The translations under genes were made by a program, and so were the position numbers. A stretch of 64,000 nt of DNA from Eledone cirrhosa (Eukaryota). Under the pieces are notes generated by a model. It did no database searches. It was not told the DNA's origin and worked only from the letters and a program-made list of their open reading frames with translations. This document shows positions 1-12,871 of this stretch, in pieces. The stretch spans positions 38,006,001 to 38,070,000 of the forward strand of contig OZ024740.1 of assembly GCA_964016885.1 (NCBI GenBank), given 5' to 3'. Within the stretch, counting starts at the first letter, position 1; each line of letters starts with the position of its first letter.

Positions 1-64
1 GAATAACATGTGAGGAGAATATATAGAAATATTTCTGTTAAAAGGGGGAGGGGGTAAAACTCAC

Positions 65-215
65 CACTTTCTTCAGTTGCTTCACCTTCTTCAGTTTCTA
101 GAATATCAGTTTGAGGCCCTGGTTTTACTGCCAGATTTCTTCGAAGCCAAGTAGTTTGTTCTAAACAAAGACCTGCCACTGTGCTCACTGCTTCAACAAG
201 TTTTTGAGCAATATC
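65..215 (-). CDS. DOP1A: Dopey/DOP1 internal exon (last in window)
   Basis: DIAQKLVEAVSTVAGLCLEQTTWLRRNLAVKPGPQ..., containing the conserved LEQTTWLRRNL motif. Acceptor ttttag, donor gtgagt. Confidence 0.93.
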
Positions 216-337
216 CTAAAATATAAATAAATACATTAAACATGCAATTTCTTAATATGTAAGCATTCTAATCTTAAAACTAAAGAACTACTAAAAATTG
301 CTACATTCAATTCTACTAGAGAAAGAAATATTTTTAC

Positions 338-404
338 CTGAATATCTTTTTGACTTTTTCTATCTTCCATAGTCGGTGTCCTTTGTACAAATTCATTCAA
401 AATC
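338..404 (-). CDS. DOP1A: Dopey/DOP1 internal exon
   Basis: ILNEFVQRTPTMEDRKSQKDIQ. Acceptor cttcag, donor gtaaaa; phase 2-0. Confidence 0.9.
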
Positions 405-406
405 CT

Positions 407-1140
407 GAAGTTAAATATATAGGGATATTTTGAGAACTCTCAGTTAAATATATAGGGGTATTTTGAAAACTCTCAGTTAAATATATAGGGGTATTTTGAA
501 AACTCTCAGTTAAATATATAGGGGTATTTTGAAAACTCTCAGTTAAATATATAGGGGTATTTTGAAAACTCTCAGTTAAATATATAGGGGTATTTTGAAA
601 ACTCTCAGTTAAATATATAGGGGTATTTTGAAAACTCTCAGTTAAATATATAGGGGTATTTTGAAAACTCTCAGTTAAATATATAGGGGTATTTTGAAAA
701 CTCTCAGTTAAATATATAGGGATATTTTGAGAACTCTTAGTTAAATATATAAGGATATTTTGAGAACTCTTAGTTAAATATATAGGGATATTTTGAGAAC
801 TCTCGGTTAAATATATAGGGATATTTTGAGAACTCTTAGTTAAATATATAGGGATATTTTGAGAACTTTCAGTTAAATATATAGGGATATTTTGAGAACT
901 CTCGGTTAAATATATAGGGATATTTTGAGAACTCTCAGTTAAATATATAGGGATATTTTGAGAACTCTCAGTTAAATATATAGGGGTATTTTGAGAACTC
1001 TCGGTTAAATATATAGGGATATTTTGAGAACTCTCGGTTAAATATATAGGGATATTTTGAGAACTCTCAGTTAAATATATAGGGATATTTTGAGAACTCT
1101 CGGTTAAATATATAGGGATATTTTGAGAACTCTCAGTTTA
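407..1140. repeat. 33-bp minisatellite, about 22 units
   Basis: Unit CAGTTAAATATATAGGG(G/A)TATTTTGA(A/G)AACTCT, starting right at the exon acceptor. Confidence 0.95.
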
Positions 1141-1659
1141 ATATTTACTTTGAGAATAGAATTTTTTGTTAAATATTTAGGAATACTTTGAGAACTTTCT
1201 GTTTGGGAAGACAGAAACATTCAAAATTACCTTTCCAGTGAAACAGAAGTCTGAATTTGATGTAGATGAAGCATTTAAACTGGTGAAATATTTCAAATAA
1301 AATCTTGATATTTCAAGTAAAAATGTAAAATATTAAAATATCCATGTGTAATCAAATTTACCTTTTTTAAAAGCAGATCATTACAATGTATATTAATTAC
1401 TGTATGCACTTGAATATAAGCTGGCTTCCTTTTACCATAGGTGTTTTGGTCACATATTCCTCAGCTTACAGTAGATTACTTACAATTAGTGATGTTAGTA
1501 ATGACATCATTTACCTTGTAGCAAACAACACATCTATAACTTTAAACTCTATGCAGTCATTAGTTGATTTCTTTCTAATATTTCAAACTAATAGGTTTGA
1601 GTGGACAAAGTTATCAGTTATTTGATAAACGCCATTAATATTATTAAGTAAACATTAAC

Positions 1660-2965
1660 AGTGATGAGTTTGAAGTGAAGTTTAGAGTGCATTAGGGATC
1701 AGTATAAAGCCCACAATCTTTTGTAGCTATGATGGAGGTACTGGCCTGAAGTATCAAAGAGGGTTTGCTGTACATAGATGACCTGGTGTTAATAGTAGAG
1801 AATATGGATGAACTGAGGGAGAAGATTATGTGGAAAGAATGTATGAAGGCAAATAGTATGAAGGTAAATACTGGAAAGACGAAGGTGATGGCAAGTGATA
1901 AAGCATTTGGTGAGATGGAAAGAACAGGAGGGTGGCTGGGTACAGTGTGTGTGTGGAGGGTGTTGGAGTGAATTATATTAAATGTACAATATGTACATAT
2001 TGAAAATGTAGTGGTATGGAAGGATTATTAAATCATGTAGCAGCTACATTGAAGTGTAAAATATGAAGGCATTATTAAATAATGTGGCGGTGGATTGGCA
2101 GTATCGGTAGAGGGTCGGACGCCATGCTTTCCAGCATAGTTACGTCCCTTTACGATCTGAGTTCAAATCCCGCCGAGGTTGACTTTGCCTTTCATCCTTA
2201 CGGGGTCGATAAAATAAAGTACCAGTAATGCACTGGGTAATTGCTGGCCTTGTGCCTAAAGTAGAAACAATTATTAAATAATGTGGCAGCTACATTGAAG
2301 TGTAAGGTGTATATGGAGGGAGTTACAGATGAAGATGTTGAGGTGGATGTTGGGAAAGGTGTTAAGATGGAGGATGTGAAAACGTTTTAGTTTGGAAACA
2401 TGTTGAATGGAGAGTGGATGAGACTTTGTGATAGTATTTAGAATGAGTTGTGCATGGAAGAAGTAATGGGAACTGAGTGGTGTGTTAATGAGGATGGGAG
2501 TGTCACTGAAACTGAAGGGAAAGGTATATGCTGTATATGTGAAAAGTAGCATGATTTATGGGAGCAAGACATGGATGATGGATGTGGAGCAACAGAGAAG
2601 GCTGGAAAGAAGAGAAATAAAAAAAATGATGTGGAGTGTTGTGGAGAGAGAGGAAGGCAAACAATGAATTGCAGAGAATGATGGGAATAGAACCAATGAT
2701 GAATGTTGTGAAGAGAAATAGAATGAGATGGTTGGGTCATGAGTTGAAGAAGGATGGAAGTGAGTTGGTGAGAGGAGTGATGGAAATAAATGCAAAAGTA
2801 GAGGAAGACCTAAAGAGACATGGCTAAAAATAATAGAGGAGGAAATGAGAGCCAGGTAGTTGGTGTGAGGGGATATAAAAAATGAGGGAAATAGACAAAC
2901 TTGTCATGGGTCCTTGGAAGGGTAACTCCTGCTTTAACTGAGAAGATGGCCTTAAAACACTAGTT
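1660..2965 (+). mobile_element. Old degenerate RTE-clade LINE fragment (RT C-terminal part and 3' end), interrupted by a SINE
   Basis: LYIDDLVLI..., KVNTGKTKVM, LKGKVYAVYVKSSMIYGSKTW and RMRWLGH, spread over broken frames. Confidence 0.85.
2086..2269 (+). mobile_element. tRNA-derived SINE, ATT-tailed family
   Basis: A/B-box-like TGGCAGTATCGG and GAGTTCAAATCC, central GACTTTGCCTTTCATCCTTACGGGGTCGATAAAATAAAGTACC, 15-bp TSD ATTATTAAATAATGT. Further copies at 15807, 17935 and 59349. Confidence 0.9.
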
Positions 2966-3339
2966 GTATTGATTTCCTCAGTAAAACAGTAACCAATGTG
3001 AAAAGTATTAAATAGGTGCTGAACAAATACACCAGTTAGATACCATAAAAAAATTGTATTTATAATGAATAAGTGTGCTAAGACTATAGGTGGTTTTATT
3101 TGTCAAGATTCCAAGTTCAAACTCTGCCAACATAAAGTAACATCCTAACAAGGTCAATTAAATAAGTAGCTGTAATATACTGAGGTTGATACAATCAACT
3201 ATCTCGTAATATTTTTGCATTGGTATAAAACTGAAATTATGACAAATCAACTGCAACATCATAGACTTTTTAGTTGTTCTTCATTCAATTAGACTATCAT
3301 AGTTTACCACGGTGTAAAAGAATTGTTTTAATATTTCTA

Positions 3340-3590
3340 TGAATCAGAAATAACTGGTAAAAGTATGTTTACCATACAACTTAATTTAACAACAGTAATA
3401 ACTGGTAAAGGTATGTTTACCATACAACTTAATTTAACAACAGTAATAACTGGTAAAGGTATGTTTCCCATACAACTTAATCTAACAACAGTAATAAAAG
3501 GTAGATATTTACCAGACAACTTAATCTAACAACAGAAATAACTGGTAAAGATATGACTGTCATAGTACTTACTCTAACAACAGAAATAAT
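3340..3590. repeat. 48-bp tandem repeat (about 5 units) overlapping an exon donor
   Basis: Unit AACAACAGTAATAACTGGTAAAGGTATGTTTACCATACAACTTAATTT. The last unit includes the end of the exon. Confidence 0.85.
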
Positions 3591-3733
3591 CCAGGTGGTG
3601 ACAAGTTTAGTGCTTGGCCTTCTTTTAATAAAGACAACAAAGACTGCTTAGAATCCAGAAGCTGTTGTACAGATGCTTTTTGGATATATGCATAGAAAAA
3701 CTGTAGCATATTTATCTCAAGAGATACAGATTT
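3573..3733 (-). CDS. DOP1A: Dopey/DOP1 internal exon
   Basis: KSVSLEINMLQFFYAYIQK...LLSLLKEGQALNLSPPGLFLLL(E), matching the Dopey-1 SLEVCMLQFFYAYIQ region. Acceptor ttttag, donor gtaagt. Confidence 0.92.
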
Positions 3734-3920
3734 CTAAAAAATAAATAAATAAATAAATAAATAGATAATTAATTAATTAAATAAATCCTCATCATCACTA
3801 CAATCATCATAAAAAAAACACCCACAAAATAATCACGAATATGAAAGGCTTAGAATTATTCAATAAAAGATATTTGTCTATGTCAAACAACAACAAAAAC
3901 AACAATGAGTACTATAATCT

Positions 3921-4140
3921 TTAACCCTTTAGCATTTACATTACTCTCTCTATATATGCTATTATATTTTCATGGTAAAGGCTTTATCTCACACAATATC
4001 GAATCTATGAGATTTTGATGTTATTTATTTTGAGAACAATACCTTAACAACAGTACAAGTGACCAGTTATGGCCAGTTTCAACAGAAAGAGGTGAGAGAA
4101 TTCTGGCAGGATATGGCCAGTTTAAATGCTAAAGGGTTAA
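3921..4140 (+). mobile_element. piggyBac-type MITE
   Basis: TTAA|CCCTTTAGCATTTA ... TAAATGCTAAAGGG|TTAA terminal inverted repeats with TTAA TSD; five copies in the window. Confidence 0.9.
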
Positions 4141-4855
4141 AGTAGAACCCTATAAGTTTTAAAATAATTATTTCAGTATGTCTATATTGTATGTGCATTG
4201 CTAACATATTAAAGTGATAGTGTTAATAATTAAAAGATAACATAGCGATATCCTGGTATATAGACAAGACTGATTTGAAATATTTTTTCATTGCACTGAT
4301 AAAGATCGAGTGTATTTCTATTTTTCAAATATTAGATAACTTTGATAGGCTTCATTTGACATTGCCAAAACATTGTTCAGTATTATATAAAAAAAGGTGA
4401 ATACTGTAGATTATTTGAATACAATTTTATTATATATTTTGAGTTTCAATCAAATGAGACTTGATTTTGCTCTTCATCACTCTAATGTTAATAAAATAAG
4501 TACCAGTTATGATAGGGGCGGGATGTAATTCAATCAATTTTATACCTTCAACTTTACAATTTTATAATTGAGCACTCATGTAAAAATATTAATTTAAGAA
4601 AGGTCCATCCTTACAATGTGAGTGTAGCAAACAATTATTGTATACAACAGGGTATATAATTGTATAAAGATTATATAGTTAGGCACCCTTAGGTGTAGGG
4701 TTTGTTTTGTCTTTATCTCAGATTTGAAAAAAAGGAGGAACATCTACAACAGTTAAATATTATTTCCAATTTTGAATAATTAAGAGAAGTAACCAGAGTA
4801 GGAGAAGCTCATATTCTTCCATTAATGATTATTTAAAAAAAATATCTGGGATAGT

Positions 4856-5101
4856 GTGTGTACAGCTCACACCTATGCAGGTTTAGCTGGCCTCCTCCAA
4901 GGTATATCTTGTTGGAGGTGTCTTGGGTTATTTAATGATAGGGACCCCAATCCTATCATCTCATTTCTACAGCTGAGTAAACTGAAGCAACATGAAATAA
5001 AGTGTCTTGCTCAAGGAAACACATCACCCGGTTCGAGAATTGAACTCACAACCTTTCGATTGCAAGCCCGATGCTCTAACCACTAAGCCATGTGCCTTCA
5101 C
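4856..5101 (-). mobile_element. tRNA/CORE-like SINE with an alternative (AC)-ending tail
   Basis: Head TGGCTTAGTGG...GAGTTCAATTC, CORE-like CCTTGAGCAAGACACTT, 13-bp TSD TATCTGGGATAGT on both sides. Confidence 0.85.
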
Positions 5102-5669
5102 TATCTGGGATAGTACACTTTCAATGCTAATATAACACATTATTCAGAAGATATTTACATTAACATATCCCACCTCACAACAAATTATCAAACCTAGTTT
5201 AGGTGGAGAATCTTTACCCTTCTTCCTTTATAATTTCTCTAAAAGACTTCCAAATTTGTCGGTTATACTCCACCACCACAAAAATTTATCCATTTGTCTT
5301 TCTTTTTCTTACAATCTATCCTATCTACCCCCTTAGTTTACATTCATTCATTCAGGACAAACTCACTGCTCTCAAACTAAATACTAACCCCTAAATCATT
5401 GTTTCATATTAACAATTTTCCTTGATCCTGAACAGTTTATGTTCAAATAGCTCCCATGGCTATAAGCAATGACTTTCCTTCTTTCATATAATGCCAAATG
5501 ATAAAGAAAATAAAAATGTTCACATCAAATATGATATATGTATTTCTATGAAATATTATAATTCCCTATCTACCATATAATACATAAAAGGAAGAAAAAG
5601 CAGGTAAAAAAAAAAATTTTCTATAAGGAAATTTAACAATCACTGAGGTAAAATAAGCAATTCTCTTCA

Positions 5670-5857
5670 TATGAGAGTTGGCTGAAAGGTTCATAGGCTA
5701 TGAAGGAGAGGAGTGATGCTAATACTGTGAAATCTTGCATGCATTCATTTCAACTCATCTTGTTTCTTTCTAGGGAACTTGTTGAAAAATAAACCTCATT
5801 TGGTCATTCCATGAGAGTATCTCGGTCAGCCTATAAACTTTTCAGTTGACCATCGTA
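5670..5857. mobile_element. mariner-like MITE
   Basis: Imperfect TIRs TATGAGAGTTGGCTGAAAGGTTCATAGGC / GCCTATAAACTTTTCAGTTGACCATCGTA with TA ends. Confidence 0.65.
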
Positions 5858-6116
5858 ATTTAAAATAGATGTATAAATAAGCAATTCTCCTCATAGTTTA
5901 AAATAGGTGTATATGTTAAATTTATGAAGTTTAAGAACCTTACAGTGGAAAGACTACATAAAGTATGTAAGTGATTTCTTGGTCTACCTATTACAATATA
6001 TATGCTCAGAAGTCATTCAAATGAGGATTTTTTTTTGCATAAGATCAAAAATTAAAAATAATTGAATAATGTGTGATACGGTAGTTTTAAGATATTGAAC
6101 AATTATATAAATTCAC

Positions 6117-6257
6117 CTTCATTTGTCCAAGATCACAAGGAGGCGGCTGCTTAAGTACTTGTTTTACTGTTTGTACCAAAGTATCTGTTGGTAAAACTTT
6201 TATAGCATCTACTAAGTCAACAAGTAGAAGCTGGTCATCACATGGTACTGGTATTAC
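6117..6257 (-). CDS. DOP1A: Dopey/DOP1 internal exon
   Basis: VIPVPCDDQLLLVDLVDAIKVLPTDTLVQTVKQVLKQPPPCDLGQMK. Acceptor ctttag, donor gtgaat; 141 bp. Confidence 0.9.
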
Positions 6258-6462
6258 CTAAAGACAAGATGGAGTAAACGGATTAAAACCAAAAAGAAGA
6301 GGCGACACAAAGAACAAATAGTCATTGATGAGGTCACAAAATGTGTGATAAAAGAGCTTTGATGAACTAACAAATAATTAATGATAAAGCTGAAGTGAAA
6401 ATCGAAAAGTGTGTGTGTTTTTGTTGGCAAAATGACTATCCCCAAATATAATTTATTAAATA

Positions 6463-7010
6463 TACTAGGCATGGCAATAAAGTCTTTAGAATAGTAGGCT
6501 GTGTGCTGTATACAGCAGTAAATGTAGTTAATATTAGTTGGAATTTGAACTTTGTTGTACCTGTGTTATATTTTGTATGAATGCTGTAGTTTGTCACAGG
6601 CCTATACATAATTATTTTGCTGTCATTCTTGTGAGTTTATAATACATGCATCAAACTGCTCAATCCACAAAAGACTTTTTCCAGAGGAGAAGAGAGGCAA
6701 TGATCAAACAATCACCCTATAGTCCCGACTTGAATGTGTGCGATTGTTGGGTGTTCAACTTATTAAAGCAACATCTTTGAAAATTTGTTTTCGCTTCATT
6801 AGAAGAGCTGGTAGATGAGTTGTTGAGCTGGTTTTGACAATTACTGAAGAAAGGGTTCCAGAAAGAGTTAAATGCTTTGCAAAAGCACTGTAAAGATGTT
6901 ATTGTATTCAATGGAGATTATCTTTTGCAGAATAAATCAATTTTAGTTTCAATATGTTGTGCATTTTCATTTAAAGCGTTATTCTAAAGACTTTATTGCC
7001 ATGCCAAGTA
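6463..7010 (+). mobile_element. Internally deleted mariner DNA transposon
   Basis: About 26-bp TIR TACTAGGCATGGCAATAAAGTCTTTA / TAAAGACTTTATTGCCATGCCAAGTA with TA TSD. Decayed transposase C-terminus HPYSPDL..CD...F..LK ... VFNGDY at about 6713-6925. Confidence 0.85.
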
Positions 7011-7220
7011 TATCCAGATGAAATTAACAGTGTTAGTGTTTTGGGTTTCAGCAGTGTTGGTGCTAAAGAACTCAATGTAATATAAGATGAGGTTAATGCA
7101 GGAATTCTAATTGATTAATGACAGAAAATAATACTTATAACCTTCCACCATTTCCAACAATGATAATTATCTTTTTCCTTTTAATACTGATTAATTAACA
7201 TAAGTATCTTTGAAATATAC

Positions 7221-7346
7221 CTTTTTATTATAACCAGGTACTTTCCGTCTTCTGTCATTCCAAGCTACAGCGACAGATCCAAGTAAATTGCAGCCATGAG
7301 GGACGGCCACAGGACTGAGAAATTCCAAAATGTAAGAACGAACAAT
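7221..7346 (-). CDS. DOP1A: Dopey/DOP1 internal exon
   Basis: IVRSYILEFLSPVAVPHGCNLLGSVAVAWNDRRRKVPGYNKK. Acceptor cttcag, donor gtatat; 126 bp. Confidence 0.88.
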
Positions 7347-7410
7347 CTGAAGGAAAAGAAAAACAGTTTTAAGAGGACAAAATCTAAAGCAGAATAAAGC
7401 TGAATATATA

Positions 7411-7890
7411 GATGCGTAGGAAGGATGACAGCTGCATAAAAAGGTGCAGAGCACTAGAAGTCGATGGAAGCTGCGGAGTGGGGAGACCCAAGAAGACCTG
7501 GGATGAGGTGATAAAAGCCGACCTTACCCAATTGCACCTCTCAAAGGCGATGACACATGACCGTGATCTCTGGCGTCATGCAATAATACAGAAGACCCAA
7601 CTTCCCACTGGTACAAGCTGAAGCTGAAGCATATAGACAATATGCCTCCACCCCCTCCCACTGCAAAGTGGTCGTGGAGGCGCCACGGCAAAAAAGCACC
7701 CAGCCCACACTGTAAATGAGGTTGGTGTTAGGAAGGGCATCCAGCTGTAGAAATCAAGCCAGAATCAGTTCCTGTATGAGCAAGACAAAGTCAGCCAACC
7801 GGACATTGCTCACAACAGGACAACCCATCTAACCCATGCCAGCGTGGAAGAACAGACGTAAAACGGTGATGATGATGATGATGATAATGA
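7411..7890 (+). mobile_element. 5'-truncated RTE LINE (long-3'UTR lineage)
   Basis: MRRKDDSCIKRCRALEVDGSCGVGRPKKTWDEVIK, 3'UTR with GGTTGGTGTTAGGAAGGGCATCCAG, (GAT)n tail. Confidence 0.9.
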
Positions 7891-8174
7891 TATAAAGAGA
7901 AGATGGAATTGGAATTAATGATTAGACCATTAGATTAAATGTGTAATGTTTCAAGTAGCTCTACTTGAGTACTGATTCGGTTTTTGAAAACCTGTTCAAC
8001 CGTTGCTAGTAGGGAAAACAGATGTAGAGAGAAAGAAAGAGAGGAGACAGAGAAGGAAAATGGAAGAGAGAGAGCTGGTGGTTTTGTTGAATGAAATTAT
8101 AACAAGTGACTTCAAAGAATCGAATACAGCATTACTGAATCTAACTTGAATTTGGTGACTGAATATTAAGTCAT

Positions 8175-8372
8175 ATGTATCATGTGGGTAACACGGTAAA
8201 AAGTTCCCAGTCCACACTGTAAATGTGGTTGGTGTAAGGAAGGGCATCCAGCCGTAGAAAACCTGCCAGATAGTCCTATACGAGCGAGACACGGTCACCC
8301 GACCAATCTTGCCTCAAATTGAGACATATCCCATCTAACCCATGCTAGCGTGGAAGATAGCTGTTAAACAAC
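8175..8372 (+). mobile_element. RTE 3'UTR fragment
   Basis: Same 3'UTR motifs as the 7411 and 53968 copies (GGAAGGGCATCCAG, AACCCATGCTAGCGTGGAAG). Confidence 0.75.
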
Positions 8373-8389
8373 GGCTCATGGGTGGTCTA

Positions 8390-9117
8390 GTATATTATAT
8401 ATTATATACATATATATTATATCATAGCTACATATATATTATATCATAGCTACATATATAATATATCATAGCTACATATATATTATATCATAGCTACATA
8501 TATATTATATCATAGCTACATATATATATTATATCATAGCTACATATATATTATATCATAGCTACATATATATATATATCATAGCTACTTATATAATATA
8601 TCATAGCTACATATATAATATATCATAGCTACATATATATTATATCATAGCTACATATATAATATATAGCTACATATATATTATATCATAGCTACATATA
8701 TATTATATCATAGCTACATATATAATATATCATAGCTACATATATAATATATCATAGCTACATATATAATATATCATAGCTACACATATAATATATAGCT
8801 ACATATATATAATATATAGCTACATATATATTATATCATAGCTACACATATAATATATAGCTACATATATATTATATCATAGCTACATATATATTATATC
8901 ATAGCTACATATATATTATATCATAGCTACATATATATTATATCATAGCTACATATATATTATATCATAGCTACATATATAATATATCATAGCTACATAT
9001 ATAATATATCATAGCTACATATATAATATATCATAGCTACACATATAATATATAGCTACATATATATAATATATAGCTACATATATATTATATCATAGCT
9101 ACATATATAATATATCA
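8390..9117. repeat. AT-rich minisatellite, about 22 bp
   Basis: Unit ATATATATTATATCATAGCTAC with length variants. Confidence 0.95.
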
Positions 9118-9924
9118 GTATGAACCCCTATTAACACTGCTTCTGGATTTGGTGGTGTTTCCATCTACAATTTTATTTCAGGTTTTTAGTTGGTGATTTT
9201 TATGGTGGGACACCAATTGTACTGATACTATAAGCCAGGTAACTTTCATTAACTTGACACCAGTACTTGGAAGTCTCATTTCACCAGATTCAGAACTTAA
9301 TCTACTCTGTGTCCATATAAAACTTCATCAGTGAAACAAACCAAATGTATTTCATGTGAAGACTAACATAAGTAGAATTCACTTTCTGGGTTCAGGACTG
9401 TTTCATATATATCAACTTGAGCGTGTACAGGTAAAACAAAACATGTTACACAAGTTCCCTGTTGATGCCAAGTTCCTATCCAATACCCTTAAATATTTAT
9501 TAGGTTAGGGAAGGGATAACTAATTATAGCTCCAGGGAACAGATAAATTGCGATTATTTGTAGAAATTGAGCTACATTCCCAACTAAATAATATTAAGAT
9601 TATCCAAAAGACACAGACAATACTGAAAGTTGTTCTGTTCTATTTTATAACGAATTACAGACATCTTGAATTGCTAGAAAGAGTCAGTTTATAGAAGAAA
9701 GAAGAGGTTGTTGTTTAGCCCAATGTCAATCATGATCAACCCCCACCTTTTTTTTCCAGATATGTGTCAAGGACTGCATTAACAAATGTGTCCTTGCTTT
9801 TAACACATCTGATGGTAATGAATGAAATTTGAATTTCTATTACATATGATCCAGTGACCACATGAAGATACCTTCTATTTTTATATGAAATTATAGCAAA
9901 ATAAAAAATATAAAAATAAAAGTG

Positions 9925-10350
9925 ACTTAGTAAAGATATGTTACAGTATCTATACTTAGTAGGGATATGTTATAATATATATACTCAGTTATTCAGTAAA
10001 GATATAAATGTTATAATATATATTACTCAGTAATCCATTATAATATATATATACTCAGTAATCCATTATAGTATATATACCTAGTTACTCAGTAAAGATA
10101 TATTATAGTATACACACCCAAGTAAAGATATAAATGTTATAATGTACATACTCAGTTACTCAGTAAAGATATGTTATAGTATATATACTCAGTTACTCAG
10201 CATAGATATGCTATACTATATATACCCAGTTACTCAGTAGAGGTATAAATGTTATAGTATATATATGTAGTCAGTAAATGTTATAGTATATATGTAGTCA
10301 GTAAGTGTTATACTATATGTAGCCAGTAGATATAGAATATATGTACTCAG
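9925..10350. repeat. Degenerate AT-rich tandem repeat next to an exon donor
   Basis: Recurrent TACTCAGTAAAGATATGTTATAGTATATA motif. Confidence 0.75.
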
Positions 10351-10364
10351 TTTATAATTAATAC

Positions 10365-10538
10365 CTTTGGTGTTCCTATAATCCAGTTATGTTGAATCCC
10401 TACATTTCTTTCCGATTCATTGATAGCCTTCCATAAAGTAGCCATACAGCCAATTATTCGGGGAAGTATACTTAAAAGGTGTGTTCGGGCTTCCAAAAGT
10501 GGTACTAAAAGTGCAGCATCATTTTGAGAATTAGCTTC
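10365..10538 (-). CDS. DOP1A: Dopey/DOP1 internal exon
   Basis: EANSQNDAALLVPLLEARTHLLSILPRIIGCMATLW...IGTPK. Acceptor tttcag, donor gtatta; 174 bp, phase 0-0. Confidence 0.88.
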
Positions 10539-10670
10539 CTGAAATAAAGAAATCAATAAATAAATTAATTAAGACGATTGGTTACCAAAAATAGTCACAG
10601 TTTTAAATTATAATCAATATTTATTTAGAAAATGAGAGAAATTCAAGTGTGAATAAAAATACTTCACTGA

Positions 10671-10891
10671 TTAACCCATTAGCATTTACATTACATATAC
10701 TGTTATATTTTCACAGTAAAAACTTTATCTCACATAGTTATCCCACATAATATTGAATCTACGAGATTTTGATATTTATTTTGGGAACAATACATTAACA
10801 TAGGTATGAGTAGCCGGTTATGGCTGGTTTGAACAGAAAAAGGTGAGAGAATTCTGGCCGGATATGGCTGGCTTAAATGCTAAAGGGTTAA
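10671..10891 (+). mobile_element. piggyBac-type MITE
   Basis: TTAA-flanked CCCATTAGCATTTA...TAAATGCTAAAGGG; homologous to the 3921 copy. Confidence 0.9.
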
Positions 10892-11337
10892 AGAGAATAA
10901 TTATATAACTAATAGTGAAATTGCAGCATGCAAAGTAGAAGCATTACCATTGGGCAAATAGCTTGTTATCCAGCAACTAAAGATGTTAAAATTAATAAGC
11001 GAAATAGTAAAGCAATAGATGTTTTAACTAGAGAGAGAGTTGAAGAGTTTTAATCATAATAACTGTTGAAATCTAGATATATTTAATTCAAATTGTTAAT
11101 ATTGTTTATGATAATAAATAAGAAAAATTAAGAAAACAAAAAGAGTTAAAAAAATAAAACAAAAATAAATGAATCACCAAATAAAGAGTAAATTATATTA
11201 TCATCAGAATTACTATTTTATAGGATATGTAGACAATAAAAAATTATCAGATGATTTAATTAATTTATTATATTTAATTTATACTATTTTATTAATACTA
11301 AAAGCAAAGATTTTACTGAATTAAAAAAAGTTTTAAT

Positions 11338-11340
<3 letters not shown>

Positions 11341-11405
<65 letters not shown>

Positions 11406-11493
11406 TCACACACAGGGTGTCTCCAAAAAATATAAACACTTCAACAGCGTTCTAATAAAAGTTTGCATACATTTTGGGGGGACACCCTGTATG

Positions 11494-11552
<59 letters not shown>

Positions 11553-11600
11553 ATATATATATATAATATATATATATAATATATAATATATATATATAAT

Positions 11601-11691
<91 letters not shown>

Positions 11692-11711
11692 AAATATAGC
11701 AATATATATCA

Positions 11712-11745
<34 letters not shown>

Positions 11746-11788
11746 TATATTATATATATATATAAAATATATCAATATATATCAATAT

Positions 11789-11819
<31 letters not shown>

Positions 11820-12098
11820 ATATATATATATATAAAATATATCAATATATATCAATATAATATATATATATATAATATATATATATATAATATATATATA
11901 TATATAATACATATATATATATATAAAATATATCAATATATATATATATAAAATATATCAATATATATCAATATAATATATATATATATATATCAATATA
12001 ATATATATATAATATATATCAATATAATATATATATATATATATAATATATATCAATATAATATATATCAATATAATATATATATATATATATATATA
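11341..12098. repeat. Complex (TA)n microsatellite tract
   Basis: Near-pure TA repeats with TAA and TCAA interruptions. Confidence 0.95.
11413..11489. mobile_element. Tiny Tc1-like MITE in the (TA)n tract
   Basis: Inverted termini CAGGGTGTCTCCAAAAAAT / ATTTTGGGGGGACACCCTG. Confidence 0.7.
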
Positions 12099-12871
12099 AG
12101 ATAGAAAGAAACAAAAAAAAAAGAATTAAAAAAAATTCAGATATCATTAAAATGGAATTCTGATGCTAATTTCTTTTACATAAGAGAAATCAAATGAAAG
12201 CACCAAACTGAAATATAAAAAGCAAAATACTCCCAAAAGATGTTATATAACTAATTTGATAATTAACTATGATAAATCTCATTTCTATTATATATATAAA
12301 TTTATGTATAAAATACATACTATCACCCAAATGAGAAATTCCTTCTTTACATACTCTACCACAAACTATTTTATAACCAGTAAAATATAAAAATAGATGT
12401 ACTTGGAAGTCTCTTTACAAAACAATAGAGAAATACTAAAACTTTTATAAAAACAAAGCAATTCTTATAATTGTACTTTCAGCTTTCAGTTGTTTTGATT
12501 AAAGATTCGATGAAGAGCATCAAAAATAGCAGACTACAATTATTTATAGGTCAGCTTCCTTGCCAATTCAGAGGTTTAAAAATAACAAAGCACAATTATT
12601 TTTCAGTCCTTTTTCCTGCAAAAGCAAGGGTCAGCCTTTTGGGCCATATGACAAGTTTTGCCATTTTTTCTTATCGTCTGCAACCCCTCATCAAGCCCTA
12701 GGCTTTCATTTCCCCCCTCCATTTTTAGCAATGTCTTCCTCCCTCTGCTTCCTTCCACATTCATTTCCATCACTCCTCTTTTGTTATTTTATATATACAT
12801 ATATGTTTTTTTTCTCCTAAAAATAACAAAATGGATAACAAGCTATTTAACCACTGTAACACTATGGCCTT

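Noticed and set aside
11406-11775. Ile/Tyr ORFs
   Set aside because: Translations of the (TA)n microsatellite.
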